From Deltaproteobacteria bacterium (GTDB taxonomy: Bacteria > Myxococcota_A > UBA9160 > SZUA-336), in the NCBI GenBank assembly GCA_029261895.1, contig JAJDAK010000064.1, positions 18,582 to 82,581 of the forward strand: DNA of 64,000 nt. Direction: 5' to 3'. Of this stretch, positions 1 through 10,000 are shown one piece after another. The position numbers were made by a program, and so were the translations under genes. How positions within the stretch are numbered: position 1 is the stretch's first letter; every line of letters begins with the position of its first letter. The notes beneath the pieces were generated by a model. It was not told the origin of the DNA, ran no database searches, and saw only the letters and a list, made by a program, of their open reading frames with translations.

Positions 1-3000
1 CGACCTTCCTATTGGGCGTGAGTGGGAGCGCTTCGAGAGAGATGAACTGCGACGGAATCATGTATGCGGGCAGGGCCTCTGCCAGATATCCACGCAACTC
101 GTCGGGTGCATCCAGTGTACCCACTACGTAGGCGACGAGCGCATCGGTCCCGGTCGAATCCTTTCTGCCGACAACAACAGCGTCGCGGATCTGATCGTGA
201 CGAAGCAGAAGCGATTCAATTTCCCCTAGCTCGATACGGTGACCTCTAATTTTTACCTGATGGTCGGTACGTCCCAGAAACTCGACTCCGCCGTCGTTCC
301 GAAGTCGGGCAAGGTCGCCGGTTCGGTAGAGGCGCTCCTTGCTATTCGGCTTAAACGGATGGGGAACGAACCGCTGTTGTGTAAGCTCGGGTTGTCCGCG
401 ATAGCCTCGCGCAAGCCCGGCACCGCCAATGTAGATTTCGCCGGTCGCGCCAACAGGTACCGGCTGTTGTTTGGGGCTCAAAATCAGAAGCTGCGTCTCC
501 GCGATGGGAGCGCCTAGCGAGATGTATGTGGATCCGGTTTCAACTCGTTTGACGGTAGACCAAATGGTCGTTTCAGTCGGGCCGTAGAGGTTCCAAACCT
601 CCCCGCAGTTCTGTGTCAACCACTCCGCGAGGTCCAGCGGGAGTGCTTCACCTCCACAGAGGACCCGCAGGCTCGGATGACCCGTCCAGCCAGAATCGAC
701 CAGCATTCGCCAAACGGAAGGGGTGGCTTGCATCACACTCACTCCGTGCTGGAGTAGCGCGCGTGCGAGTAGCTGCGGATCGCGAACGGTTTCGGAGTCA
801 GCGATCACCACCCGCGCTCCAGTGATCAACGGAAGGAATAGTTCCAAGCCCGATATATCAAACGAGAGCGAGGTAATGGCGAGTAGCGCGTCGTTATCTC
901 GAAGCCCGGGTTCTGCTTGCATGGAACGGAGAAAATTCAGTAGGGCGCGATGTTCTATTTCGACACCTTTCGGACGACCCGTAGAACCAGAGGTATAGAG
1001 CACGTAGGCTAGATTCTCTCCGCCAATCGATCGATGCGGGGCGGTGGTGGGAAAGTCCGCGGCGGCGAGCATGATGGCGTCAAGATCTAGGACTTCGCCA
1101 GCGGAACTCGAGGCGAATACTGCGCGGTTCTGTTTCTGAGTGATCAGAATCTCGGCGCCACAGTCTTTGACCATGAATGCGAGCCGATCGCTGGGGAAAC
1201 TCGGATCCAACGGCACATAGGCGCCGCCTGACTTAAGCACCGCAAGCAAAGCGACGAGCATGTCGACGGAGCGCTCTACACCGATTCCTACGGTTGTCTC
1301 CGTATCGATGCCCAACCGATCTAGATAATGTGCGACCGCGTTCGCGCGTCCGTCCAGCTCAGCGTAGGTTAAGCTCTGCGTCGCGTCCTCTACGGCGATC
1401 GCATCCGGGGCGGTTATGACCTGTTTTTCGAACGCATCGATCCATGTGGGTTCAGCGAGCGGCAGAGGGCGACCGTAAAGACTGGCAACGTGGCTGTTAC
1501 GTTCTGCTGACGTGAAGAGTTCGAGATCACTGAGCGCGCAGTCTGGCGCCGCGACGATGCTCTCAAGGAGCGTTTGGAAGTGCCGTGCCATGCGTTCAGC
1601 AGTCGCGTCCTCAAAGAGGTCTGTGCTGTACTCGAGCTTCCCCTGTAGCTCCCCGTTGTTTTCAAAGAATAGAAGGTTGAGATCGAAGATACAGCCACCT
1701 CCATCAACGAGGAGGCGGTCTGCAGCCAGTCCAAACCGATCGAAGTCCTGGCTGTCAAATGCGCGATTCATACCAACACCGACTCGGACTACGGGATCGC
1801 GCCCACCGTCATGGGCGCGCTGCAAATCCGCAACCAGGCGATCGATGGGTACGTCCTGATGCGCGTAGGCGTCGAGACAAGTTTCACGCACGCGCTCAAG
1901 CAAATCTCGGAAGCTCGGGTCGTTTGCAAGGTCTGTGCGAAGCACCAACGTATTAACAAAGAAGCCGACTGATTCACGAACCTCGGAATTCCGGCGCGTG
2001 GAAACAGGCGCGCCGATCGTGATATCGCACTGTCCCGAATATCGGTGCAGTAGGGTCTTGAGTGCAGCAACAACGCTCATGAATAGCGATACGCCTTGCT
2101 GCTTAGCAATCTCAGCTAAGCCCTCGCGTACATGGTTTGGAACTTCGAAGAAGACGGCTGCTCCGCCCAAGCTTTCGCCGGAAGCAGAAGGATAATCTGA
2201 AGGAAGCTCCAATGTTTCCATGCCGCTGAGCTTTTCTAGCCAGTACTCGCGCTGTGGCGCGATTAGATTATCCAGTCGCCCTTCATGCCAGCGGGCGAAG
2301 TCGGCATACTGGATTGGAAGAGCCTCGAGGTCATCCCCCGCATAGAGCTGGAAGAGCTCTCGAACGAGGACGTGCATCGATTCAGCATCGGAGACGATAT
2401 GGTGCATGGTCAATAGAAGCAGGTGATCGTCTTCGGCGAAACGCACGGCACGTACGCGTAACAACGGGGCTTGCCCGAGATCAAAGGGCGTACTGGATTC
2501 CTGTGCTGCGATGACGCGAGCGGTTTCATCTCGCTGATCGATATTTAGATTTTGAAGATCTTGGAAACCCAGTTCAAGTGTTGAAACCGATTCCACGATT
2601 TGCGCGTGCGTCGTGAGCTCCGATGCGAAACGCGTACGTGTCGTTTCGTGTCGCGAACCCAATTCGCGGACGGCAGCTTTGAGTTTGTCGAGATCGAGAG
2701 CGCCGTGCAGGCGAAATGCAATGGGTACGTTGTACGCGGCGGTATTGGAATGTAGCTGATCCAAGAACCAGAGACCCGCTTGTGCCGGAGCCAGCGGGAA
2801 CCGATGTACTTCTTCCGCGTCTCTCTGTAGGGGTGGGATCGGATCTGGCTCGATCATCCGGAATTCGTGTGATGAAACTTGAGCGCTGAGTGCGAGCGCG
2901 AGCGAACGCGGTGTGGGATGCTCCCAGGTGAGCCGGTTGCTTATACGTCGATTGAGCCAGTCACCCAGTTCGACCGCGAGACCGATTGCTCGCGCGGAAT

Positions 3001-4916
3001 CGAGTCCATAGGAATCGAATTGCTCGTCGGGATCGATTTCGTCAACGTCAAGACCACAGATACCCGCGAGTCGCTCGACCAGTAATGACTCAATGGCTGA
3101 GGTGTCCAGACCGCTGCTGTCTTGTTCAGTCGTTTGGTCGGCTGTGCTTGGTTCAGACCATTCAGCAACAATTGCCAGTTCGCTGCTGAGAAACTGGTTC
3201 CGACACAAGCGCCGTTGAATCTTGCCACTCGATGTCTTGGGAATACTGCGTGCTTTGACCAGGACGACGGCGTGGGGTGCAACGTCGTGCTCAGCGATAA
3301 TCTGCCGACGGATGAGTTGTAAAACCTCTTTGGGTTCTAATCCCTCAACGACGTTAACTTCCTGGACTACAACGAGCTTCTCTTCGTTATCGTGCTCGAT
3401 CGAAAATGTGGCACTGCAGCCTGGCCGAACTGCAGCGTGGACTGAGTCACAGCTGAATTCGATGTCTTGTGGATAGTGATTGCGCCCTCGGATGATGATT
3501 AGATCCTTGAGGCGACCTGTGATGTAGAGTTCGTCGTCGTGGAAGAATCCAAGATCGCCAGTGCGTAAAAACGTTTGGTGATTATCGGACGAAAGTCGGG
3601 CACCAAAAGTCTCTTGGCTCTCCTCGGGTCGATGCCAGTAGCCGGAAGAGACACTCGGTCCAGAAAGCCAAATCTCACCAATTCGGTCCGGCGCTACGGG
3701 TTCGTGAGATTCAGGGTCTACGACCTCCGCCCGCAGGTCGTCCCGCGGCTGACCTTGCCCAACAAGTACGCGAGCTACCGCATTCGCATCGGCGATCTTG
3801 ATCTCATTGTTCTCAAGCGCATCTGCGTCCAAGCGAGCAACACCGAGCGGGGCATCTAACTCGCCACCGGTCACCATGAGCGTCGCTTCGGCGAGTCCGT
3901 AGGCCGGTCGAAAGGCGTTTTGCCGAAAGCCACAATCTGCAAAGACGGAGGCAAAACGTTCAAGTGTTTGATGACGAACAGGCTCTGAACCCACCATCGC
4001 GACCTGCCAACTGCTCAAGTCCAATTTAGCGCGATCGTCCGCTCCAATTCGTCGTACGCAATAGTCGAACGCGAAGTTGGGGCCGCCGCTAAGGGTTCCA
4101 CGATAGTGTGAAATAGCGCGCAGCCAGCGTAGAGGTTCCTGTATGAAAGCCTCGGGTGGCATAAAGACCGAATGCCCGCCGCAATAGACCGTCTGAATCA
4201 CATTCCAGATCAAACCCAGATCATGAAAGAGGGGGACCCAGCTAACCATGACGGATCCCGGTATGCGTCCCCATGCATTTCGAAGCATCTCGGAGTTTGC
4301 AGTTAAATTGCCGTGGCTCACCACAACGCCCTTGGGTTCGCCCGTTGAGCCTGACGTGTACTGCAGGTAGGCAGGCGAGTCAGGCCGCGCTACGAAATCA
4401 AACGCATCAGCAAAGCCTTCGAGGAGGCTATCAGTGGGTAACCAAGTACAGCCTTTGAACTTAGGTGCGTTTGCTTCGATCTCATGGCTGCGAGCTGCAA
4501 GCTCCGCGTTCGTCAGGACTAGCCGTGCACCTGAGTCAACCAAGATGCTCTGCAACCGCGGCAAAGTACGCGCCGCTCGGGCCAGATTGGGAGCGGGCGT
4601 GGGTACCGCAATGGCACCGGCATAGAGACAGCCGTAGAGCGCCACGATGAACTCGATCCCCGACGGAAGGATTACTAAAACGGGTTTGCCCTGTGCCTCA
4701 TGCTTGCGCAGCTCAGCCGCAACCTGCCTGGCACGACGGTCAAGTTCCGAGTAGGAGAGATTTATTTCGCCAGTGTTGTTTTCACCGTTAGGTAGAAACG
4801 TAAACGCGATCTTATCTGCGTTCAACCGAGAGAACCTACGGAGCCTATCTACGATAGGTTCAGGATTCAGCTCTTGACCTTCCTGCTGGGGCAATTCAAA
4901 AACCTCGTCAGGCATG
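1..4916 (-). CDS. Non-ribosomal peptide synthetase, partial (C-terminal part runs off the window start). Domain order from the N-terminus is fatty acyl-AMP ligase (FAAL), carrier (T), condensation (C), adenylation (A).
   Basis: A continuous minus-strand frame with no stop between 4916 and 1 (absent from the ORF track because it is open at the window edge). The start is ATG at 4916-4914 (MPDEVFELPQQ). FAAL/AMP-binding motifs are YLQYTSGSTGEPKGVVVSHGNL and a later YTSGSTGRPKGV with GELYIGGAGLARGY and a TGDLARL-type core. The carrier motif is FDSYGLDSARAIGL. The condensation region has MHHIVSDAES (HHxxxDG-like). Confidence 0.85.
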
Positions 4917-4980
4917 TACCGTGGCAGTCAATGCGATGCGCAACATCACGTTAACTGAGTTGTTGCAACCTGATTCACCA

Positions 4981-4990
4981 CTATTATAAG
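4981..4990 (-). promoter_or_regulatory. Candidate -10 box (TATAAT on the minus strand) about 65 nt upstream of the NRPS start codon, in the AT-richer 4920-5120 intergenic region
   Basis: The minus strand reads ...cggaatctcttataatagtgg... The -35 is weak (atccac). Confidence 0.2.
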
Positions 4991-5304
4991 AGATTCCGCT
5001 ACGAGGTGGATTCCGATCGCAACCACGAACTATCATTTGAAATCATCCGCGCGTATTCCCCGATTATTGTGTCAATATTTGAGTAGGTTCGATCCCAAGC
5101 GCAATTTTACACCGACTCATTTAGCACTAGATACACGGGCAATATGAGGAGAGTGGTAAACCCAGCATATAGGTGTCGAGCGCGGATGCACGATGCGCAA
5201 CTGTCGCGCAGCGTCGTTGGGGGTTGCGCGTGTGGTGTGCAAAGTATCCGCGCTAAACACGCAGCTATGCAGCATGCTGCGTGCTTCTACGGCTGTTTGA
5301 TTTT

Positions 5305-6765
5305 CTAGATCAGCGTGAAGCTGTTCAGGTGAAGTTGAATACTGTGTCCGCAGGATTCTTTCGTTACAGCGTGTTGGGCGAGTTGCGGGTCGTTGGACGT
5401 GGCGATGGTTCGGCGGCCATCGGGAAGATCGCAGAGTGCGATCGTTGTTGCCGGTGCGTTGTTCATATACAACACGGTGTAGGTCGCGATCGTGGCCGGC
5501 CCCCTTGCTTCGTCTGCGAGTTCCAAGCGTGGAGTGTCGGCACAGGTGGCTTCCGTCACGTCGTCGAAATGGAATTTGCTGGTTCGCGGTTCGGTGGACC
5601 ATAGGCTTACGCCCTGTTTGGTCAGAATGCCGCTCACCGCGGTCGCCATACCCAAGCTTCCCGGATCCGCGCGTAGGACTTCGACCATTCGCGGGAGGGC
5701 TTGAAGTACGTAGTGGTTGAACGGTCCGCCTGCGAACGTCATTCCACCCGTTAGTGTCAGTGCGCGTGCCGCGGTCAGGCCGAGCTCCTGGAGTTGGACG
5801 CGAACGGCTGCAGGAAAGCAGCTATAGAGTTCGAGATGCTGGACCTCAGAGATTTCAGCAGAGATACGTCCTAACGCGGTCGTGGCCGCGTGTGCGAAAC
5901 CCGGGCATCGCTCGATTTGACGCCGGCGTGAAAGCGCACATACATCGTTGGAGTCTGCGATCGCCAGTGGAATGACCCAACGCTCGCGAGGAATACCAAA
6001 ACGCTGGGCTGTTGCGACCGAACACAGAATTAGTGCGGCGGCTTGGTTTACGTTCCATTGCGAAGCGAGCATTTTTGTATAGGGAAATGCAAGTTCGCCG
6101 CTACGCAGAATCATTTCCGCATCGACAGGTTCTTGGGTCCACGCCTGAGGGTTTGTTTGTGCGACGCGGCTATAGGCAGCCCATAGTCCGGCGAGTTCTT
6201 CCCGGTGGCGCCTTACGTCTTGGCCGGAGTTCGCACGGAGTGAGTTTTCGATCATTGCGTATTGCGTAACCGGTCCCGCCAAGCCCCTTTGAATCTCGAG
6301 CAGGTCGATCACCAGCGCGTCTGGTTTAATGAGCGAATCAGGTTTGCACGGAGCTTGCTCCGTGTTTTTCACGTTAATACCGAGACGTTTCGCTTGTTGC
6401 TCGCGATATTTCGCCTCTGCGCCAACGACGAGTGCAATCTCCGACTTACCGTTCGCAATGTCTCGAGCCGCGCGTCCGAGCAGCGTGGTCTGCAGAACGC
6501 CAACGTCTGCGATTTCTGTGCGCGCGCGAGTCGCGCCGAGTTGATCTGCGAGCAACCGACCCGGATCGGAATACGACCAGAGCCCACGTGGGATCCGGAT
6601 CGAATCCGCGTTCGTGATCAGTTCGTGAGACCCCGCATCTTTCGCGGCGGCGTCCAACGCGCTGAGCATTAACGCCAACGCTTCCCTGGCACGCGCCGGA
6701 TCGGCTTCGTACTCTTGAACGGCTGCGGCGCCCACCAGAACGGGCGTACTTGGGTCGATCGTCAT
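5305..6765 (-). CDS. Thiolase-fold (SCP-x / lipid-transfer-protein type) protein. The catalytic N-terminal Cys is not obvious.
   Basis: ORF 5305..6855 trimmed to ATG 6765 (MTIDPSTPVLVGAAAVQEY) with a GAGGGGG RBS. The N-terminus is thiolase-like, an IALVVGAEAK segment resembles the VGxEKM region, and the C-terminus has a GGMTFAGGPFNHY glycine-rich loop. No NxxCxSG motif was seen. Confidence 0.55.
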   Translation of the reverse strand: MTIDPSTPVLVGAAAVQEYEADPARAREALALMLSALDAAAKDAGSHELITNADSIRIPRGLWSYSDPGRLLADQLGATRARTEIADVGVLQTTLLGRAARDIANGKSEIALVVGAEAKYREQQAKRLGINVKNTEQAPCKPDSLIKPDALVIDLLEIQRGLAGPVTQYAMIENSLRANSGQDVRRHREELAGLWAAYSRVAQTNPQAWTQEPVDAEMILRSGELAFPYTKMLASQWNVNQAAALILCSVATAQRFGIPRERWVIPLAIADSNDVCALSRRRQIERCPGFAHAATTALGRISAEISEVQHLELYSCFPAAVRVQLQELGLTAARALTLTGGMTFAGGPFNHYVLQALPRMVEVLRADPGSLGMATAVSGILTKQGVSLWSTEPRTSKFHFDDVTEATCADTPRLELADEARGPATIATYTVLYMNNAPATTIALCDLPDGRRTIATSNDPQLAQHAVTKESCGHSIQLHLNSFTLI

Positions 6766-6888
6766 CGGGCCCCCTCGAGGTTGCGCTAGTTGGGTTCGCC
6801 ACGAAGGCGTCGATATCGATCGAGTGTACACGGCAGATAGCAGCGTTGACACCACGGTGATTCCGGCCGACCATCGCCAACCGATCGT

Positions 6889-6965
6889 GGCCCAGTAGCT
6901 CAGCTGGATAGAGTACTAGCCTCCGGAGCTAGGAGTCGCAGGTTCGAACCCTGCCTGGGTCACCA
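6889..6965 (+). tRNA. tRNA-Arg (anticodon CCG) with encoded CCA
   Basis: Cloverleaf: acceptor GGCCCAG/CTGGGTC, D-arm GCTCAGCTGGATAGAG, anticodon stem CTAGC / loop CTCCGGA / GCTAG, T-arm GCAGGTTCGAACCCTGC, discriminator A, CCA. Confidence 0.9.
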
Positions 6966-7014
6966 TCACCGTCGGATCCTGGTCGTACGGCTTGTGGAGG
7001 CGCTACGGGCTGCT

Positions 7015-10000
7015 TTAGGGAGTCTCGTCGAGCCGATCGATCAAATAGGCTCGGAGATTTTCGGGCGAAACAATCGCTTCCAATGAACCGACTTTGAGCG
7101 CGCGCTCTACTGTGTGTACGCGGTCAAATTCCGTCGCGACTTCGGCCTGCTTTTCTAGTCGTACGGCATGCTCGATAGAATCGAGTTCCTCACGCGAACT
7201 GAAAGCGCCATTAATCTTGGCCGTGCGCAGGTTTCGAATCCTCTGATCCGCGGCCATGCGTGCACGGACTTCGCGGTGAAAAACAACCGCCGCCGCAGGC
7301 CCGCCTCCGATCACCGATGCAAACGAGCCGGTGAGTGCGGTTGCACGAAGCTCGGAGTTGAGCTCGCGCGAAAACACGACGTAAGCGCCGCCGTGATAGC
7401 GGGACACTACAGTGAAGAGTAGGGGACCCTTGAAATTGACCACCGCGCGCGCGATTTCGGCACCGTACTCGAGCTGCAGCGCTCGCATGGATTCGGGCGA
7501 CCCGTCAAAGCCCGAGAGATTCGCAAGAATCACGGCAGGTCGATTACCGCTCGCAGCGTTGATCGCGCGTGCCAGTTTTTTGGAAGACAATGGGAACAGA
7601 GTGCCGCCTGACCAGGTCGACGGTCCGTCAGTGGATGCATAGCCCTCGCGTGGTAGAGGTTGACTCTCAATACCGATCAGTGAGATCGCATGTCCGCCGA
7701 GCCGTGTGTCCCAGACGATGGTGGTACCTGCGTCCTGCCAGCGGAGCCAACGTTCCAGGTAGCCTGCGTCTTGGTCCACAGTTGCGCGCATCACATCGCG
7801 CATCGCGAATGCGCATTTACGTTCCGGGTTTTTAGATGCACTGAATATATCGCCGACACGTTCAAAGCCATGGTCTGCATTAGGTTCGCACGCATACTCG
7901 GTGATGTTGCGGTCTCGAGGGTCGGCTGTTGCAGTCCGTGATGGTCGAGAGGTACCAGAAGCGACGTAGGTGAAGCGATAGTGTTCATAGAGCGTCTGAT
8001 ACGCATCGAATAAACTCCGCGCGTAGTACTGGGCTTCGCCGTTGGGGCCCATGACTCGCTCAAAACCGCCGATCGCAACCTCGTCCTCCGCCGAGACCGA
8101 TCCGGAAGCTTCCAGCGCCGCGCGTCCAGTGAGAACCATCGCACCCGCCGGCGTCATGATCAATGCGCCACGGGACCGAGAGTGCATGGTTGCGAGTGCA
8201 TTAAAGTAGCTTTGCGCGCCGACGTTCACTCCTGAAACCAAGATATGAATTGTTCCGCCAGCCTCTGTAAATTCGATGATTCGACGGACTACGCGTGCCG
8301 TCGCGTCTAAGTTTTCTGTGCCGCTATCCATAGCGATCCGAGCACCGCTGGAAATGGGCACCCATTCAACCGGCACCTCATTGCGCTCCGCCAGATCGAT
8401 TGCAGCCTGTATGCGATCGCATTCTCTTGCACTGAGCGCGCCCATGCCTTGGGTCGGATCGGAAAGGATCAGCATGCGACGAATTCCGCTGGGGAACTCC
8501 GGTGTTGGCGTGTTGATTAGTCCGACCACAACGCCTGCCGTGTTTTGCCCGTAGTTTCGATCCGCGACACTCATTAGCCGTGGCTCGGTGCTTTCAGGGT
8601 CCAGATCGTATTCCTGAAACTGGCCTGTAGGGAGGCGTACCGCGTCGGAATCCGAGCTCAACCCGTTGGCTCGTGCACCGCCCGTGAGCATACGAATGAT
8701 CTCGTAGGGATAGATGAGTCCGTGACGCCGCGCCCGAACCAATTTGCGTTCGTAATCTTGCGCAGGTTCCAAAGGCGCATGATGGACGGAGCGCGCGTAG
8801 ACCTCGGAGTGTGCGCCCGTAGGATCTGCAATGACCAATTCGATGGGACCGTCGGCCCCGTCTTGAATCGGTTGCTCGACCCGAACTACAACTTTTTCCA
8901 GCCCCAAATGACGAACCGCCGGTGCCAATCGATGGATCACCGGCTTGGTTGTTTCCGCGTCCACAGAAACCGGGGATGCAACCGCAAGAAAGATTCGGTT
9001 CCACTGCAATTGGCGACGGGGGTCTCGCTCGCCGATGACGTGGCGTAGGGTACGCGCAGCTTCAAAGAACGCGTGCTCGAACTCGGGAATCAGTAAGGTG
9101 TCGGGATCTGTCCCGCCGACGATATCCGCCAGAACAAAAATTCTTTCATCACTCGGTACCTCTTTGCTGCGTAGGTGGAAGCAGAAAAGGTCTTCGGGGG
9201 CGTCCAATCTTTCGAGGTCAAAGGCCTGTAACCGCTCGAGTCCTACGCGTGCTGCGGTTTCGGGATGTATTCCATGCAACTCCTTCTGGAGTACGACTTG
9301 TCCGTCACAGCACAAGAAGCTGAGATGTTGCGGCGCCAACTGCGCGCGCTGAAGCGTGATGCAAAGGCGTTTAAACGGGAATTCGCTATGAAGCTGATGT
9401 AGTACAGCGCTGGCGAGTTCGTCTTCTTTGATATCATGCTCGCAGTCAACGAAGAGTTCCAATGCGGTCGGTTGGATGGATTGGGCCAAGCGTCCGATCT
9501 GATTCAAGCAAGAGCTTAGTTCATCGAGTCTGGTTCGGGTCGCCCAGACCGTGCGACCATCGTCGAACTCAAAGCATTCGATGGTGGGATGAGTGTTTGC
9601 TAACAGGCTGGGACCATTGGATACGTGCGGTACATAGAGTCGGGCAACGATAGCTTCGATGGAATCCGGTCGATCGGCTCTACCCATGGCATTCTTCTCT
9701 AGCACGGGTCGATTGAAAATCGTGTATGCGGTCTCGATCGCGAGATCTGCAACAGAATCGGACACGAGGCCTCGGAGTCCAGCGATCGCGATCAACGACG
9801 CGTGGAAAGCCTGGTCGGCTTCAAGGTTGAGCCCGCTCGCCGCAAGCGCACCGAGAAGCTTGGTGATTCCTAGCACCAGACGCAGCCGCCGGTCACGGGA
9901 TTGCTGTGACGCGAGCAGGCGCAACAAACCGCGCTCTAGGCCGGCACTGGGTTCTAGTCGGGTGACGCCGTAGTGCGCAAGCGCGTGTTCAAGGAGAATC

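Noticed and set aside
64-4650. Numerous 60-115 aa plus-strand ORFs in the track across 1-4900
   Set aside because: They lie antisense to a continuous, motif-rich minus-strand NRPS reading frame. The minus frame is missing from the track only because it is open at the window edge.
4963-4992. Plus-strand TTGCAA-N16-TATAAG promoter-like sequence
   Set aside because: There is no plus-strand gene downstream until the tRNA 1.9 kb away, and it would be antisense to the thiolase-fold gene. The TATAA core is more plausibly the -10 of the minus-strand NRPS promoter.
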